Assembly: GCF_009914755.1 (NCBI RefSeq)
Contig: NC_060936.1
Source of the DNA: the human T2T-CHM13v2.0 reference genome, Homo sapiens
DNA length: 64,000 nt
Direction: 5' to 3' (one strand)
The position numbers and the translations under genes were made by a program. The notes below the pieces were generated by a model. That model worked only from the letters and a program-made list of their open reading frames with translations. It was not told where the DNA came from and searched no databases. Of the stretch, positions 1-13,889 are shown in pieces (the stretch's first letter is position 1; every line of letters begins with the position of its first letter).

Positions 1-587
1 GTGGACAACTTTGATGATTAGATACTTTCATTCATTGTGTATATTTAGAGAATAAGGCTTAGTAAAGTAAACTTGCTAAGGTTACATAAATATGAAACCA
101 TTACTTTTGTATAACTACATTGATGCCAAAATCTATGCTTTTTATCATGTTAACCTAGACCCCAAGGGACCTTCAGGTGGTCACTGAATCTTGTCTTAAA
201 GGTTCCAGATATAGAACTATGTCTGGGTAACTTTAGGCCTGTATATAGCCATAATATGAGAGCAAGATATAGATTATACTGGAAAAGTAAAATAAGGGGG
301 AAAATCCATACTGATTCATATATCTGCAATATAAAAAAGAAATGCTATATTATTTAAAAACATAAAATAACAGCAACAACAAAATGCAAACCAGAGTGAT
401 TGTATAGTCATGGGCATGAATTACAGTAGAATAAAGGAACAGCCTTGTTTGAAGAATTGGAAGCAGCAAAAGTATGAAAGGATATCTATTTGAAGTATTC
501 TAAAACATTGTTCATTAATTTTTCTTCTCAGACCACATTTCTTCTTAATTTACATCAAGCCAAACAAATAAGTTAGGTGCTCTAAGT

Positions 588-941
588 GAGCAGTCTCCAA
601 GCTTTTTGGCACCAGGGACCAGTTTTGTGGAAGACAATTTTTCCATGGACGGAGTGGGGTGGGAGGGTGGTGATGGTAGTGGACGGTTTCGTGGTGAAAC
701 TGTTCCACCTCAGATTATCAGGCTTTAGAGTCTAATAAGGATCATGGAACCTAGATCCCTCACATGTGCAGTTCACAATATGGTTCACGCTCTTATAAGA
801 ATCTCATGCCGCCACTGATCAGACAGGAGGTGAAGCTTAGGTGGTGATGCACTCTCACCTGATGCTCACCTCCCTCTTGTGGCCCAGTTCTTAATAGGGT
901 GCTCAGTACTGGTCCACAGCCTAAGAGTTAGGGACCCCCAG
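588..941 (-). mobile_element. MER1B (hAT-Charlie DNA transposon, non-autonomous)
   Basis: Matches the reverse complement of the recalled MER1B consensus over its whole length (..ctttttggcaccagggacc..gttagggaccccc). Degenerate 8-bp TSD ctctaagt/ctctacat. Confidence 0.9.
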
Positions 942-1282
942 CTCTACATACTGTCCCAGAACAAGATCAATTTCCATTTATAATTCCTGACCCCACTCCC
1001 TTCTTCCAGTCAATGAAGTTGTTACTAATACCTTTAAAAGTGTACTTCTCTAACTAAGGGATTTTGAATTGCACAGTTTTGAACTGTAATGATGGGCATC
1101 CTCAGCCAATACTGCATTTTAATGTTCAGGAAAAACAGAGAATGAGAATATTAAATCTTTCTTACTCGTATTGATCTTCTACTTTATTTCTGGTAACATT
1201 TGATTTCCCTGAACTCTTCAGTTCAGTTGTTTCCTATCAATATGCCTCTGTTTTTTTTTTTTTTTTTTACAGTTAGAAGTAG

Positions 1283-1476
1283 AATATTAATTCTTCCAAC
1301 TCATGAACATTGACTATCTTTCCATTTATTTCTATCATCTTCTATTTCTTCTATCAATGTTTTACAGTTTATAGCAACTTTCACATTCTTTGTTAAGTAT
1401 TTTATTTTTTGATGCTATTGTAAATGGTGTTATTAATGTCTTTTGTGGATAGTTTGTTGTTAGTGTATAGAAATTG
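1283..1476 (-). mobile_element. L1M ORF2 fragment, inverted relative to the next piece
   Basis: aatattaattcttccaactcatgaacat is antisense L1 ORF2 sequence. Confidence 0.75.
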
Positions 1477-1478
1477 AT

Positions 1479-1790
1479 GTTATAAAAGTGTTGGTACTAT
1501 CCCAAGTAATCTACATATTCAATGCAATCCCTATCAAAATTCCTATGGCATATTTTCATTGAAATAGAAAAAATAATTTTAAAATTTGTATAGAACCACA
1601 AAAAAACTCCAAATAGCCAAATGAATCTTGAGGAAAAAAGGCTGGAGACATCACTCTACGTGATTTCAAAATTTACAAAGTTACAGTAATCAAAACAGCA
1701 TGGTGCTTGAATAAAAATAGACATATTAAACAATGTGTTAGGATAGAAAGCCCAGAAATAAACCCACATATTTGTGGTCAATTAATTTTG
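1479..1790 (+). mobile_element. L1M ORF2 fragment
   Basis: ttcaatgcaatccctatcaaaatt..cccagaaataaacccaca is sense L1 ORF2 sequence. Confidence 0.85.
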
Positions 1791-3690
1791 TGTTATTCTT
1801 TTGTTTCGTTCTTTCTCTTTTACTGTCTGCCTTTGTAATTTAATGATTTTTTGTAGTGGTAAGCTTTGATTCCCTTCTATATTTTATACACCTACTGCAG
1901 GTTCTTTCACTGAGGTTACTATGAGACTTACGTAAAATATGTTATATTTATAGCAGTCTATTTTAAGCTGATAGCAATTTGATTTTGATATTATTTTAGT
2001 TTTGCATACAAAAACTCTATACATTCTTCTCTTCCCATATTTTATGTTATTGATGCCACAATTTATCCATATTTTATATAGCATAGATCATTTAACAAAT
2101 TATTGTAGCTGTTATTTTTGATACTTTTTCTTCTACTTTTTTATTAGAGTTAAAAGTGATTTATGCATTATCAATACAGTATTTGAGTATTCTGAATTTG
2201 ACTATATTCTTACTTTTATAGTGTGTTTTATACTTTTAGCATTTTTATAAAGCAGTTCTATTGATAATAAACTTCTTTGGAATGTGTTTTTGTCTGAAAA
2301 AGTCCTCGTCTCTTTTCTGAAAGACAGCCTTACTATTTATAGTGTTCTTGGTTTGCATTATTTTCCTTCAGTGTGTTAAGTATATTATACTACTATCCCT
2401 TGCCTGCAAGGTTTCTGTTGAGAAATCTACTGGTAGTCTTATAAGTGTTCCCTGGTATGTGGTGAGCTGCTTTTCTCTTGCTGTTTTCAAAATTCTCTCA
2501 CTGCATTTGATTTCTGAGAAATTGATTATAAAATGTCTTGGTGAAAATCTCTTTATATCCATTTTATTTGGGTTTTGGGAACTTCATGGATTTTGATGTT
2601 TATCTCCATACTTGAAGAGTTTTCTGTAATTATTTATTCAAGTAAGCTTTCCGTCTCTTTCTCTCTCTAATCCTTTATGTAATTTCCATAATACATATAT
2701 GCATTTCCTTGATGTTGCCTTGTAGGTCCTGTAAGCTTTCTTCACTCTTTTTGTTTTCTTTTTAGTTTCTGTTCCTTTAACTGTGTCATTTCAAATGTTC
2801 TGTCTCTGGATTCACTCATTCTTTCCTCTGCCTGATCAAGTCTGCTGTTCAAGCTCTCTGTGAAACTTTTTGGCTCAGCCCTCATATTCTTTAACTCCAG
2901 AATTTCTGTTTTATTAATTTTTATAGCTTCTATCTTTGTTAAACTTCCGTTTTTGTTAATAAATATTTTTCTTTTTGCTCTTTTTAGTTGTATTTCTTAT
3001 ACCTCACTGAGTTTCTTCTAGATGACTATTTTGAATTCTTTATCTGGTGGTTCATAGATCTTCATTTCTTTAGGGTCTATATCTGTTGCATTATATTGCT
3101 CCTTTGGTAGTGTCATGTTTCCCTTATTATTACTGATTCTTGTGGCTTTACATTGGTGTTTGAGCTTTTGAAGAAGTGGATACCTATTCTAATCTTTACA
3201 GACTGGCTTTGACGAGAAAGCTCTTCACCACACAGCCTGTCATAGATTCTTAGTGGGCCATGTGGTGAGGTCTGCAGGCAGACCTGCTGCTGTAACATGA
3301 AAACAGGGTGTCTTGGTTTGGTTTCTGGGTCAGCGGGTAGGCAGGACTGGCACCTAGATCCAAAGGCACCAACTAGGTGCTTGGGAATGTGGAGTCAGAC
3401 CTGGAACCTGGCTCCCCCAGGGCAAGCCTGGAGATTGGGTCCCCTAGGATAGGCATGAATCCTGATCCCATATAATCTGGCCTGGTTTCATTAGGTCCTA
3501 AAGGTAGGAGCCTGTCAACTGGATCCATAAGGGCCAACCTGCAGCTGTGTTTGTTGAGACCAACTTAAAATCTGGGTCCACAGTAGCTGGCTTTCTGCTG
3601 GTGTTGGCTTTGAGCCTGAGTCTGCAAAGATCAGTCTGACTCTGGGGTGAACATGGTGTCTGCGTCCACAGGGGCATGCCTGAAATTTAA
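1791..3690 (-). mobile_element. L1M 5' portion (degenerate ORF1 and 5'UTR)
   Basis: ORF 2368..2562 has the L1 ORF1p motifs PRHFII..ERILKTAREK..IRLPVDFSTETLQAR. GC-richer repetitive 5'UTR at about 3300-3690. Confidence 0.85.
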
Positions 3691-5188
3691 GTTTAAGAAA
3701 TTAAACACTTTTTAAAGTTACGGAATCTGATCAAGATGTTATTAAGTGACCTACTACCCAGTGAGAGAGAGGATTAGGCATAACTTATTTGGGGTGGCAG
3801 TTATTGTTAAATAATAAAACCAATTCATATTTATTCCCTAGTGAATTTAAATTCCACAATAAACTAGTTTAAGAATTCATCACAAAGTAATTTTGTATCT
3901 TACTGTATTGATAAAAGGCTAGAGAACTACATATAGAGTTAGGACAGGAAAAAACTAGAACACCAAAACTCTTGTGCCACTATCACAAAAATAAATGTTC
4001 TCCAATTATTTTTTACTTTCATATGTGATTTAGCTCAAGATTCAATTACTGAGAGTAGTTTATTTGGCTAAAATTAGGTCACAGACCTACTCCTTGGCCA
4101 TATGACTAATAAAAGTCTGAAAGAAAGACTTTATTAGAACCTTCGAAGGCCATTTGTTTTCACAGCAGAAAAACATGGTGTTTGAATTTACTCTCCTACC
4201 AGTACTGTCCCCAGTGGCACAGGGTGAATTTTCTAAAATGAAATCTAGTTGCTGTCAGAAAGGGAAAAGTAAAAAAACAAAAAACTAAAAGCACACATAT
4301 GCACAATCTTGTGTTAGAACTGGACACAAAAAAAGGACCAAGCATTAGCAATAAGTCAAAAGGCTATTTATTAGATGACTAGCTAGCTCCTCAATGTATG
4401 ATGATGTTATTTTATATAGAGAATACTGAGCCTAGTGTGTTTATAGTTCACGGTGTGGTAACCTTAGGGGAGAGTAAATAGGACTGAGAGGGTGGAAAGT
4501 CAAATAGGGCATGCAAAAAGACACTGTGACCAAACTCTAGGTGGTAACTAACCTATGTTCATACTTTAGCTTATTTTCTCATATAGTCTGAACCTGCTCC
4601 CTGTCCTCAGGTTTACATTTAAATTCTTTTAACTTCATTTTCACATAATCTTGGACAAATAAATAAGAATTGATTTTAGTATAATATCAATTATGGGTCA
4701 AATTTCTAATGTATTCAGTTTAATGAAACTTTGTTCTCTTTGAAAGTTTTATTATGTGGATATAGCTCATGGGATTCTTTTGTAACTGAAAGACAAAAAT
4801 GCTTGCTCACCTAAATATATATTTTCAGGGAATATTCATGCATAATTAAACTTTTGCCAAAAAGTAAGTGGATTAAGAAAACTCCAAGTAGTTAACTCTA
4901 AAAGGCATTTGCTTCCTATATTGACCAATTAATTTTTACATTGTCAAGGACTTTCAGAATTTCCAAACCTTATGTTACATAGACCAATTTCGAAGAGACT
5001 TTTAGTAATTTATGTTACCGTTTAGCTCGCAGGACATTTCCTGGCATTATGATGTTATGTGTATTTCATATATTGATTCTATGTGTGGCTGCCTATGGTT
5101 TGTTCTATGAATTAGCTCATGAAAATTTAGGCAGGCCGTTGGGTGATTGGAAAAGCTATTCAGTTGGCTTTGATAATAAATGAGGAAC

Positions 5189-5625
5189 TGTATTAGTCTG
5201 GGTTCTTCACAGAAAGAGAAACAATAGATCTATATCTACCTATCTATCCATCATTTACCTAATTTATTTTAAGAAAATAAAGGAACTGACTCATGCAATT
5301 GTGGAGATTAGCAAGTCCAACTTCTGCAGGATAGGCCAGCAGACGAGACCAAGGGAAGAGTTGATGTTGTAGCTCAAGTCCAAAGGCAGACTGCAGGGAA
5401 AACTTCCTCTTCTTTGGGTGAGTCAGTCTTTTTTCCTTAAGGCCTTCAATTTATTGGATGAAGCCCACCAACATTGTAGAGGGTAGTATGTTTTATTCAA
5501 AACTCCTGATTTAAATGTGAATGTTATCTAAAACAATACATTTGTAACAGCATCAAGACTAACGTGTGACCAAATATCTGGGTATTGTGGCCTAGCCAAA
5601 TTGACACACAAAATTAACCATCACG
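5189..5625 (-). mobile_element. MLT2 (MLT2D-like) ERVL solo LTR
   Basis: Termini tgtattagtc..aaaattaaccatcac; 5-bp TSD ggaac on both sides. Confidence 0.9.
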
Positions 5626-5699
5626 GGAACTCTTTTCCACCAAAGAAACTTGTCCACATAGATCTTCTCTGATACCTCTGTAGGACATTGTCATGTCAG

Positions 5700-5870
5700 A
5701 ACTAGGAGAGGCTTCATTCAGAATTCCAGCTTTTGTATATTCTTTGATTATCTTAGTAAGTTTCTCTTCCAACTCTCTGTTTCTTCATATGTAAATTGTA
5801 TAAGAATATATCCTTTTAGAAATTTTATAAAGATTATATGCAATGTATCACATATAAAAATATTTAGTGT
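5700..5870. mobile_element. MIR remnant
   Basis: MIR core-like ctctgtttcttcatatgtaaattg. Confidence 0.45.
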
Positions 5871-6684
5871 CCATTGATTTGAACACATTGCTTTCTTCAC
5901 ATCCCACTCAAAATCATTTACCAAAGTAATCTGAATAACAAAAACAAAATGATCTATTCAAGAAAATTTAGTTCATATAGTCTACTCTCAACACCTTCAA
6001 AATTATCACTAAAATATTTTGAATAAAATAAACTATTTATTAAGAATATCTTACTTTGCATTTAAACTCTCCTACAGAAAGTGGGTAAGTGAAGAATTTT
6101 TTTAAAAGACTAATAAACTATACTGTTGGCAAAACATCTTCCCTTCATTGTACTGTATGGCTAAAGTAAATATTTTATAAAGTGATTACACTGATCATAT
6201 GGTCTGAATTTGTTCTTTCAAAAGAGTATATTGTACTACATTTGTATGTAACCAAACATGTCAGTGATATTTAGATAACAATTTGGTTACTTCTGTAAAT
6301 GCATTAAAAAGCATTTTATCCAGATAAATTATATATCGTTTAACAAGTGATGAAAGCCTACTATATATCTGTTATCCATGCCTTGCAATCCTGGCATTTT
6401 ATCATTTCAACACCTAGTTTCAACATTGGTCATGAGCGTGTTTTACAATCCATTCGTGTTGTCATTCATTGCTGGAATCCATGATTTTTTGACTTTGAAA
6501 ATGCATGAGATAGGTGAAATTTGACTGGTGAAAGACTTGTTGCTTTTGACAGAAAACTACAAATCTGCCCTGAGGGACTGCTCTAAATCTGAGGAGTAAG
6601 TTTGTGATTTCCCAAGAGGCACTTCGAGATGTTTTTTATAACCTTAGCATTACCTATTCCCAATTGAAAAACGTCTTGATGAAT

Positions 6685-6830
6685 ATGAGGCTTTGTGGCA
6701 TTGTAAAAGGAACACTGGTAAAAATCCAGAGTTTTGGCTTCCTGGTTAGGCTCTGTCACTCTGTGAGTTTAGGTAAGTTAATGCACACTTATAAATTTTC
6801 ATTGTATAATCTGTAAAAGGAATAGGTGGA
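6685..6830. mobile_element. MIR remnant
   Basis: ggctctgtcactctgtgagtttaggtaagtta..ctgtaaaaggaata resembles the MIR core. Confidence 0.5.
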
Positions 6831-7324
6831 AATGGTGGTGGTGTTTGAAAGAACCATGTCTAAGTGGTCTCCCTGTTAAAGGATTGTATTACTTTCCATT
6901 ATAGTATCAAGCATTTCTGGTTTTGCTTGCCATGTGAAAACTTTGACATCAGTGTCTATGTTTGGGACATCTTGCATTTATGAAATATATTTTGTTATTA
7001 GCATTTTAATACAAATGTAGCTGCATTGGTATTTTGGGAAGCTATTTTTCCCCATATGAAATTTTAGCCCTCTGTAATATTACAATACTAGAAGTTTTGG
7101 CCGTAAGTGAAACACAAAAAGAGTAAATTCAATGTCTTCTATTCTACGTCTTTTGAACATACTCAGGGAACTTGCTTGAATCTGTTTGTTCTGTCAATAA
7201 CATTGTTTTTCACCGAAAACCTCTCTTTAGCACTCTCTCATACACAATTGCATGTACATTCACAAATTCTTAGTTTATATAACTCCAGTTTATGACCACC
7301 TCAAAGATACAAATACTTATTATC

Positions 7325-7620
7325 TTTTTTTTTTTTTTGAGATAGAGTCTTGCTGTATCACCTAGGCTACAGTACAGTGCCATGATCTCTGCTCACCGCA
7401 ATCTCCACCTCCTAGGCTCAAGCCATTCTCATGCCTCCGCTTCTTGGGTATCTGGGACTACAGGTTCAAGCCACCATGCCCAGCTAATTTTTGTATTTTT
7501 AGTAGAGATGGGGTTTCGTCATGTTGGTCAGGCTGGTCTCGAACTCCTGACCTCAAGTGATCCACCCGCCTTGGCCTCCCAAAGTGCTGGAATTACAGGT
7601 GTGAGCCAGCATGCCCGGCC
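7325..7620 (-). mobile_element. AluS (Sx/Sz-like)
   Basis: Full dimeric antisense Alu with poly(T); TSD approximately acttattatct/acttatagtct. Confidence 0.95.
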
Positions 7621-7879
7621 ACTTATAGTCTTTTAATTGTGAAACAATCAGTATTGCTCCTGCTCATTTGCATATTCTAAATTTTTATTCATTGTTACAT
7701 TCATTTGTTCACTCATTTATTAAATTATTTACCCAGGATCGTATAGTTTTAGAAAGCTTTATGTTAGATTTACCTTCTTGAATCACTACCACAACATTCT
7801 TAAATCATCTATCAAAGTAAATATGACCATCAATTTTAAGACTGAATCTTGAATAGGGAGAAAATTGGTTTTCCTGTAC

Positions 7880-8530
7880 AAAATTTTAATTGTTTTTTTA
7901 TGAGAGCTATCAATATAGTACAAATGTATCTACTTTATATGTTCTACTCGATAAATTTTGACAAATCAACAAAATCATAATATACACCATTACTATATCC
8001 TCAAATGTTCACCCATGTTGCTGGGTAATCAATACCATCCTTTCAATCCTAGTGTCTCACAACCACTGATATAATTTCTGTCACTATAATTTTTCCCTTT
8101 CTAGAACTTTATATAAATGGAATAATGATATCTATTCTTTTATATCTAGCTTTTTCTAGCTTTTTCAATTAGCATAACATATTGAGATTCATCTGTGGTT
8201 CATGGATCAGTTATTTTTAAGTAATATGGGTGCCCTAAGTTTTCACATAAATTATAGAATCAGTTTGCCAATTTTAAAAAAACATACTAAGAGTTGATTG
8301 TACTTAACTGAACTTAAATATCAAATAGGAGATAATTGACATGTTAAGATAATTGTATTCCAATGCGTGAGCATAGAATTTCTCTCCATTTATTTGGTTC
8401 CCTTAATATATATCAGCAATATATAGTATTCTTCAGTATATTGGTCTTGCACATGTTTTACTAAAATTTTTCTCTAAGGATTTCATAATTTTTTAATCCC
8501 ACTGAATGTCGTATATTTTTATTTATTTTT
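7880..8530 (-). mobile_element. Old L1ME 3' end and ORF2 fragments
   Basis: Motifs such as caaccactgat..tatataaatggaat..attgagattcatc and ataaattatagaatcagtttg. Confidence 0.7.
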
Positions 8531-8559
8531 TGAAGGAATTTTTATTTTGAGGTTTAGTA

Positions 8560-9320
8560 CAATTTTCCAGTTTATTGAGATATAATTGATGTACAGCTAA
8601 TTGTCCATAGTTAAGGTATACAATATTGTGAGTTTGGACATATGTATTCACTTGTATTACTGTCAGCACAATCCAATTAATAAACATAGACATGACCTCC
8701 AGAAGATTCCTTGTGTCCCATTGCTCCTTGTGTGTGGGGGTCGGGTTGTGGGGTAAGAACACTTTAACATGAGATCTACAATTTTGAAAAGTGTTTAAAT
8801 ACAAAATACTTTTTCATTCACTGTAGGCACCATGTGGTACAGCAGATCTCTGGAACTTTCTCATTTTTTGTAACTGTAACTTTATACTTATTGAGCAACA
8901 TGTCCATCCCTGTTAACCACCATTTTATTGTCTACTTCTATACATATGATGATACCTTTATATTTTTGCCTCATTTAAGAGGAATCATGCACCATTCGTT
9001 CTTCTGTGACTGACTTACTTCACTTAGCATAATGTATTCCAGGTCCATCCATGTTGTTGCAAGTGATGGGATTTCCTTCATTTTTTAAGTGAGGAATAAT
9101 ATTCCTTTGATTACATATACCATAATTTCTTTATCCATTCAGTTGTCAATGGACATTTGTGTTGTTTACATATCTGGGCTATTGTAAATGATACTACAGT
9201 GAACATAGAAGAACAGATATCTTTTTTGAGGTGGTGATTTCAATACTTTCAGACATATACTCAGAAGTGGGATTACTGAATCATATAGTTAGTAGTTCCA
9301 TTGTTAATTTCTGCGGAATT
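8560..9320 (-). mobile_element. L1MB-type 3' end
   Basis: ggtaagaacactttaacatgagatctac..gtacagcagatctctggaac..ttcacttagcataatg. Confidence 0.8.
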
Positions 9321-9339
9321 TTATCTTTTTGATAAAATG

Positions 9340-10008
9340 ATTTCCTTTAGGTAGATACCTAGTAGTGGGATTGCTGGGTTGAATGGCAGATTTATTTTTA
9401 GTTCTTTGCGAACTCTCCATACTGTTTTCCATAGAGGATGAATTAATTTACATTCACCCCAACAGTGTATAAGTGTTCCATTTTCTCCACATCCTCACCG
9501 TACCTCTTTATTTTTTGACTTTTTAATAATAGCCATTCTGGCTGGTGTAGGATAATATCCCATTGTGGTTTTAATTTTTATTTATCTGATGATTAGTGAT
9601 GAGAAGTTTTTCATATGTTTGTTGGCCATTTATATATCATCTTTGAGAATTGTCAGTTCACGTCTTTTGCCCACTTTTTAATGGAGTTGTTTTCTCCTTG
9701 TTGGTTCTTTACCTTATAGATCCGGGATGTTAGATCTTTGTTAGATGCATAGCTTGCGAATATTTTGTCCCATTCTGTAGGCTGACTGTTTGCTTTGTTG
9801 ATGGTTCCTTTTGCTGTGCAGCAGCTCTTTAGTTTAATAAGTCTCTTTTGTCTATTTTTATTTTTCTTGTATTTGCTTTTGAGGTCTTAGTCATAAATTA
9901 TTTGACAAGGTCAATGTCCAGAAAAGTTTCTTCTAGGTTTTCTTGTAGAATTTTATAGTTTCAGTTCTTATGTTTAAATCTTTAATCCATCTTGAGTTAA
10001 TGTTTGGG
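9340..10008 (-). mobile_element. L1P/L1PB ORF2 3' region
   Basis: gtagatacctagtagtgggattgctggg..tttaatccatcttgagttaat. Confidence 0.85.
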
Positions 10009-10024
10009 TAAGTCTGTACATTAA

Positions 10025-10200
10025 AAGTGAGCATTACACTAAGTGAAATAAGTCAGTCACGGAAGCATAAATAGTGAATGATTCCTCTTAAATGAGGCAT
10101 CTATAAATGAATAGTCATAGGTATAGAAGTAAACAATAAAGTGGTGGTTACCAGGGATGGAATGGGATATGAGGACATGTTGCTTAATGGGTATAAGGTT
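10025..10200 (+). mobile_element. L1MB-type 3'UTR fragment in opposite orientation
   Basis: cattacactaagtgaaataagtcagtcac..gtggttaccaggg..ttaatgggtata. Confidence 0.75.
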
Positions 10201-11325
10201 GTATAGTTTGAGGTCTTACATTTAAGCCTTTAAACCATCTTTCATTACTTTTTGTTTATAGTGAGAAGTAGGAGTCCAGTTTCACTGTTCTGATAGCCAG
10301 TTTTCCCCGCACTATTTACTGAATAGGGTGTTCTTTCCCCATTGTTTATTTTGGTCAGCTCTGACAAACACCAGTTGCCTGTAGGTGTGTGGCCTTATTC
10401 CTGGGTTCTCTTTTCTGTTCCATTGACCTATGTGTCTATTTTTGTACCAGTACCATCCTATTTTGGTTACTATAGCCTTGTAATATAGTTTAAAGTTGGG
10501 TAATGTGATGCCTCTGACTTTGTTGTTGTTGTTATTGTTGTTTATTGTTTTCACTATTTAGGCTCTTTTTTCAGTCCATATACATATAATTTTTTTCTAT
10601 TTCTGTGAAAAATGACATTGATATTTTTATAGGAATTATTTTGAAGCTGTGGACTGCTTTGGGCAGTACAGTCATTTTAATGATATTAATTCTTCCTGTC
10701 CATGAACATGGGGTATTTTTGCATTTGTTTGTGTCATCTATGATATTTTCATCAGTACTTTATAGTTCTCTTTGTAGAAGTCTTTCACCTCCTTGGTTAA
10801 ATGTATTCCTAGATATTTTATTATTTTTGTGGCTATTTTAAGTGTGATTGAGTTCCTGATTTGATTGTCAGTTTGAGCATTGTTGGTGTAAAGAAATGCA
10901 AATGATCTTTGTGCATTAATTTTGTATCTTGAAACATTACTAAAGTCACTTATCAGGAGTCTTTGGAAGGAATCTTTAGGGTTTTCTTGGTATAAGATTG
11001 TGTAATCAGTGAACAGAGATAATCTGACTTCCTCTTTTCCTATTTGGATTCATTAATTTTTTTCTTTTGCCTGATTACTCTGGCTAGGACTTCTAATACT
11101 ATGTTGAACAGGAGTGAGGAGCATGGATCTCCTTGTCTTATTCTAATTGTTAGAGAAAATGATTTCGTCTTTTCCCCATATTCAGTATGATGTTGCCCAT
11201 GGGTCTGTCATAGTTGGCTCTTGTTATTTTGGGGTATGTTCCTTTGATGCCTAATTTGTTGAGGGTTTTTATCATGAAGAGATGTTGGATTTTATTGAAT
11301 TATTTTCTTTTATCTTTTGAGATAA

Positions 11326-11657
<332 letters not shown>

Positions 11658-12257
11658 GTTTTTATTTTTAATTCTGTTTGGGTGGTGACACATTTGTTGA
11701 TTTGCATACGTTGAATCATCCTTGCATCCCTGGAATAAAATGCATTTGACCATGATGAATTATCTCTTTAATGTGCTGCTAAATTTTGTTTGTATTTTAT
11801 TGAAAACTTTTGCATCTATGTCCATCAGAGATATTGGCTTGTAGTATTTTTTGTTGTTATGTTCTTATCAGGTTTTGGTATCAGGATGATACTGATTTCA
11901 TAAAATGAGTATCTGTCCTCCTTGATTTTTTGGAATTGGTTCAGTAAGATTCGTAGTATGTATGGTAGATTTGACTGTGAATCCATCTGGTCTTAGATTT
12001 TTTGGTTGATAGGTTTTTTTATTGCTGATTTAATTTCATAAATCTTAATTCAGTCCATTTGGTATTTCAGTGTACTCCTGGTTCAATAAGGAGCAATTAC
12101 ATGTTTCCAAGAATGTGTCTATTTTCTCTAGGTTTTCTAGCTTGTGCTCATAGAGATGTTCACAGTAGTCTCTGAAGATCTTTTGTATTTCTGTGGTATC
12201 ATTTGTCACATCACCTTTATCATTTCTGATTGTGCTTATTTGAATTCTCTCTCTCTC

Positions 12258-12560
12258 TTTTTTTTTTTTTTGAGACATGGTCTCACTTTGTCACCCAGGC
12301 TTGAGTGCAGTGGTGTGATCTCAGGTCATTGCAGCCTTGACCTCCTGAGTTTAAGCAATCCTCCTGTCTCACCTGCCCAAGTAGCTGAGGTTACAGGCAT
12401 GCACTACTGGACCTGGCTATTTTTTTTTTTTTGTATTTTTTATAGAGATGGGGTTTCAACATGTTGCCCAGGCTGGGCTCGAACTCCTGAGCTCAAGTGA
12501 TCTTCCTGCCTCAGTCTCCCAAAGTGCTAGGGTTACAGGAATGAGCCATCGCACCCAACC
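12258..12560 (-). mobile_element. AluJ
   Basis: gcagccttgacctcctg and ctcaagtgatcttcctgcc are J-type features. Confidence 0.93.
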
Positions 12561-13612
12561 AGTCTCTTATTTTCTTGGTTCATCTAGCTAGCAGATCATC
12601 AGTTCTATTTATTCTTTCAAATAACCTGCTTTTTGTTTCATCAATCCTTTGCATGACGTTTTTGCCTCAATTTCATTTAGTTTAGCTCTGATCTTTGTTA
12701 TCTCATTTCTTTTGCTAGCTTTTGGTTTGGTTTGTTCTTGTTTTCATAGTTCCTTAAAGTGCAACATCAAGTTGTTAATAAGAGGCCTTTCTGATTTTGA
12801 TATAGGCATTTAGCACTGTAAGCTTTCCTCTTAACACTATTTGTGCTGTATCCCAGAAGTTTTGGTGTGCTGTGCCTCTACTTTCATTTATTTCAAAATT
12901 TGTTTTTGATTTCTGCGTTAATTTTGTTGTTTACCCAAAGTCATTCTGGGGCAGGTTGTTTAGTTTCCATGTATTTGTGTGGTTTTCAGAGCTCCTTTTT
13001 GGGTTTATTTCTAATTTTATTCCACTGCGGTCTGAGAAGATGCTTGATATGATTTTGATTTTGGAATTTATTGAGACTTTGTTAATGATCAAGCATATGG
13101 TCAATTTTGGAGAATGTTCCATGCATAGATGTAAAGAACATGTATTCTGCCATCATTGGGTGAAATGTGCTGTAGATGCCTAAGGTCCATTTGGTCAAAA
13201 GTCCAATTTGAACCCAAAGCTTCTTTGCTAGTTTTCTGCCTCAATCATCTGTCTAGTGTTGTCAGTAGGGTGTTGAAATCTCCCATTATTATTGTATAGC
13301 TGCCTGCCTCTTTCTGTAGGTCCAGTAGAAACTGTTTTATAAATGTGGGTGCTCTGGTGTTGAGTGTGTATGTATTTAAAATAGTTAAATCTTGTTGACT
13401 TGAAGTCTTTATCATAATATAATGCCCTTTTTGTCTTTTTTAAAACTGTTGTTCGTTTAATGTCTGTTTTATCTGATACAGTAATAGCAACCCCTGCTGT
13501 TTTTTGGTTTCCATTTGTGTGACATGTATTTCTCTGTCTCTTTAAGTATGTGAGTGTCATTACAGGTTAGGTGAGTCTCTTGAGAGCAACAGATGATTGG
13601 GTCATATATGTA

Positions 13613-13889
<277 letters not shown>

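Noticed and set aside
6553-6595. 43-nt micro-exon (ttttgacAG..GGA|GTAAGT)
   Set aside because: Such site pairs arise by chance in 64 kb and there is no supporting frame or context.
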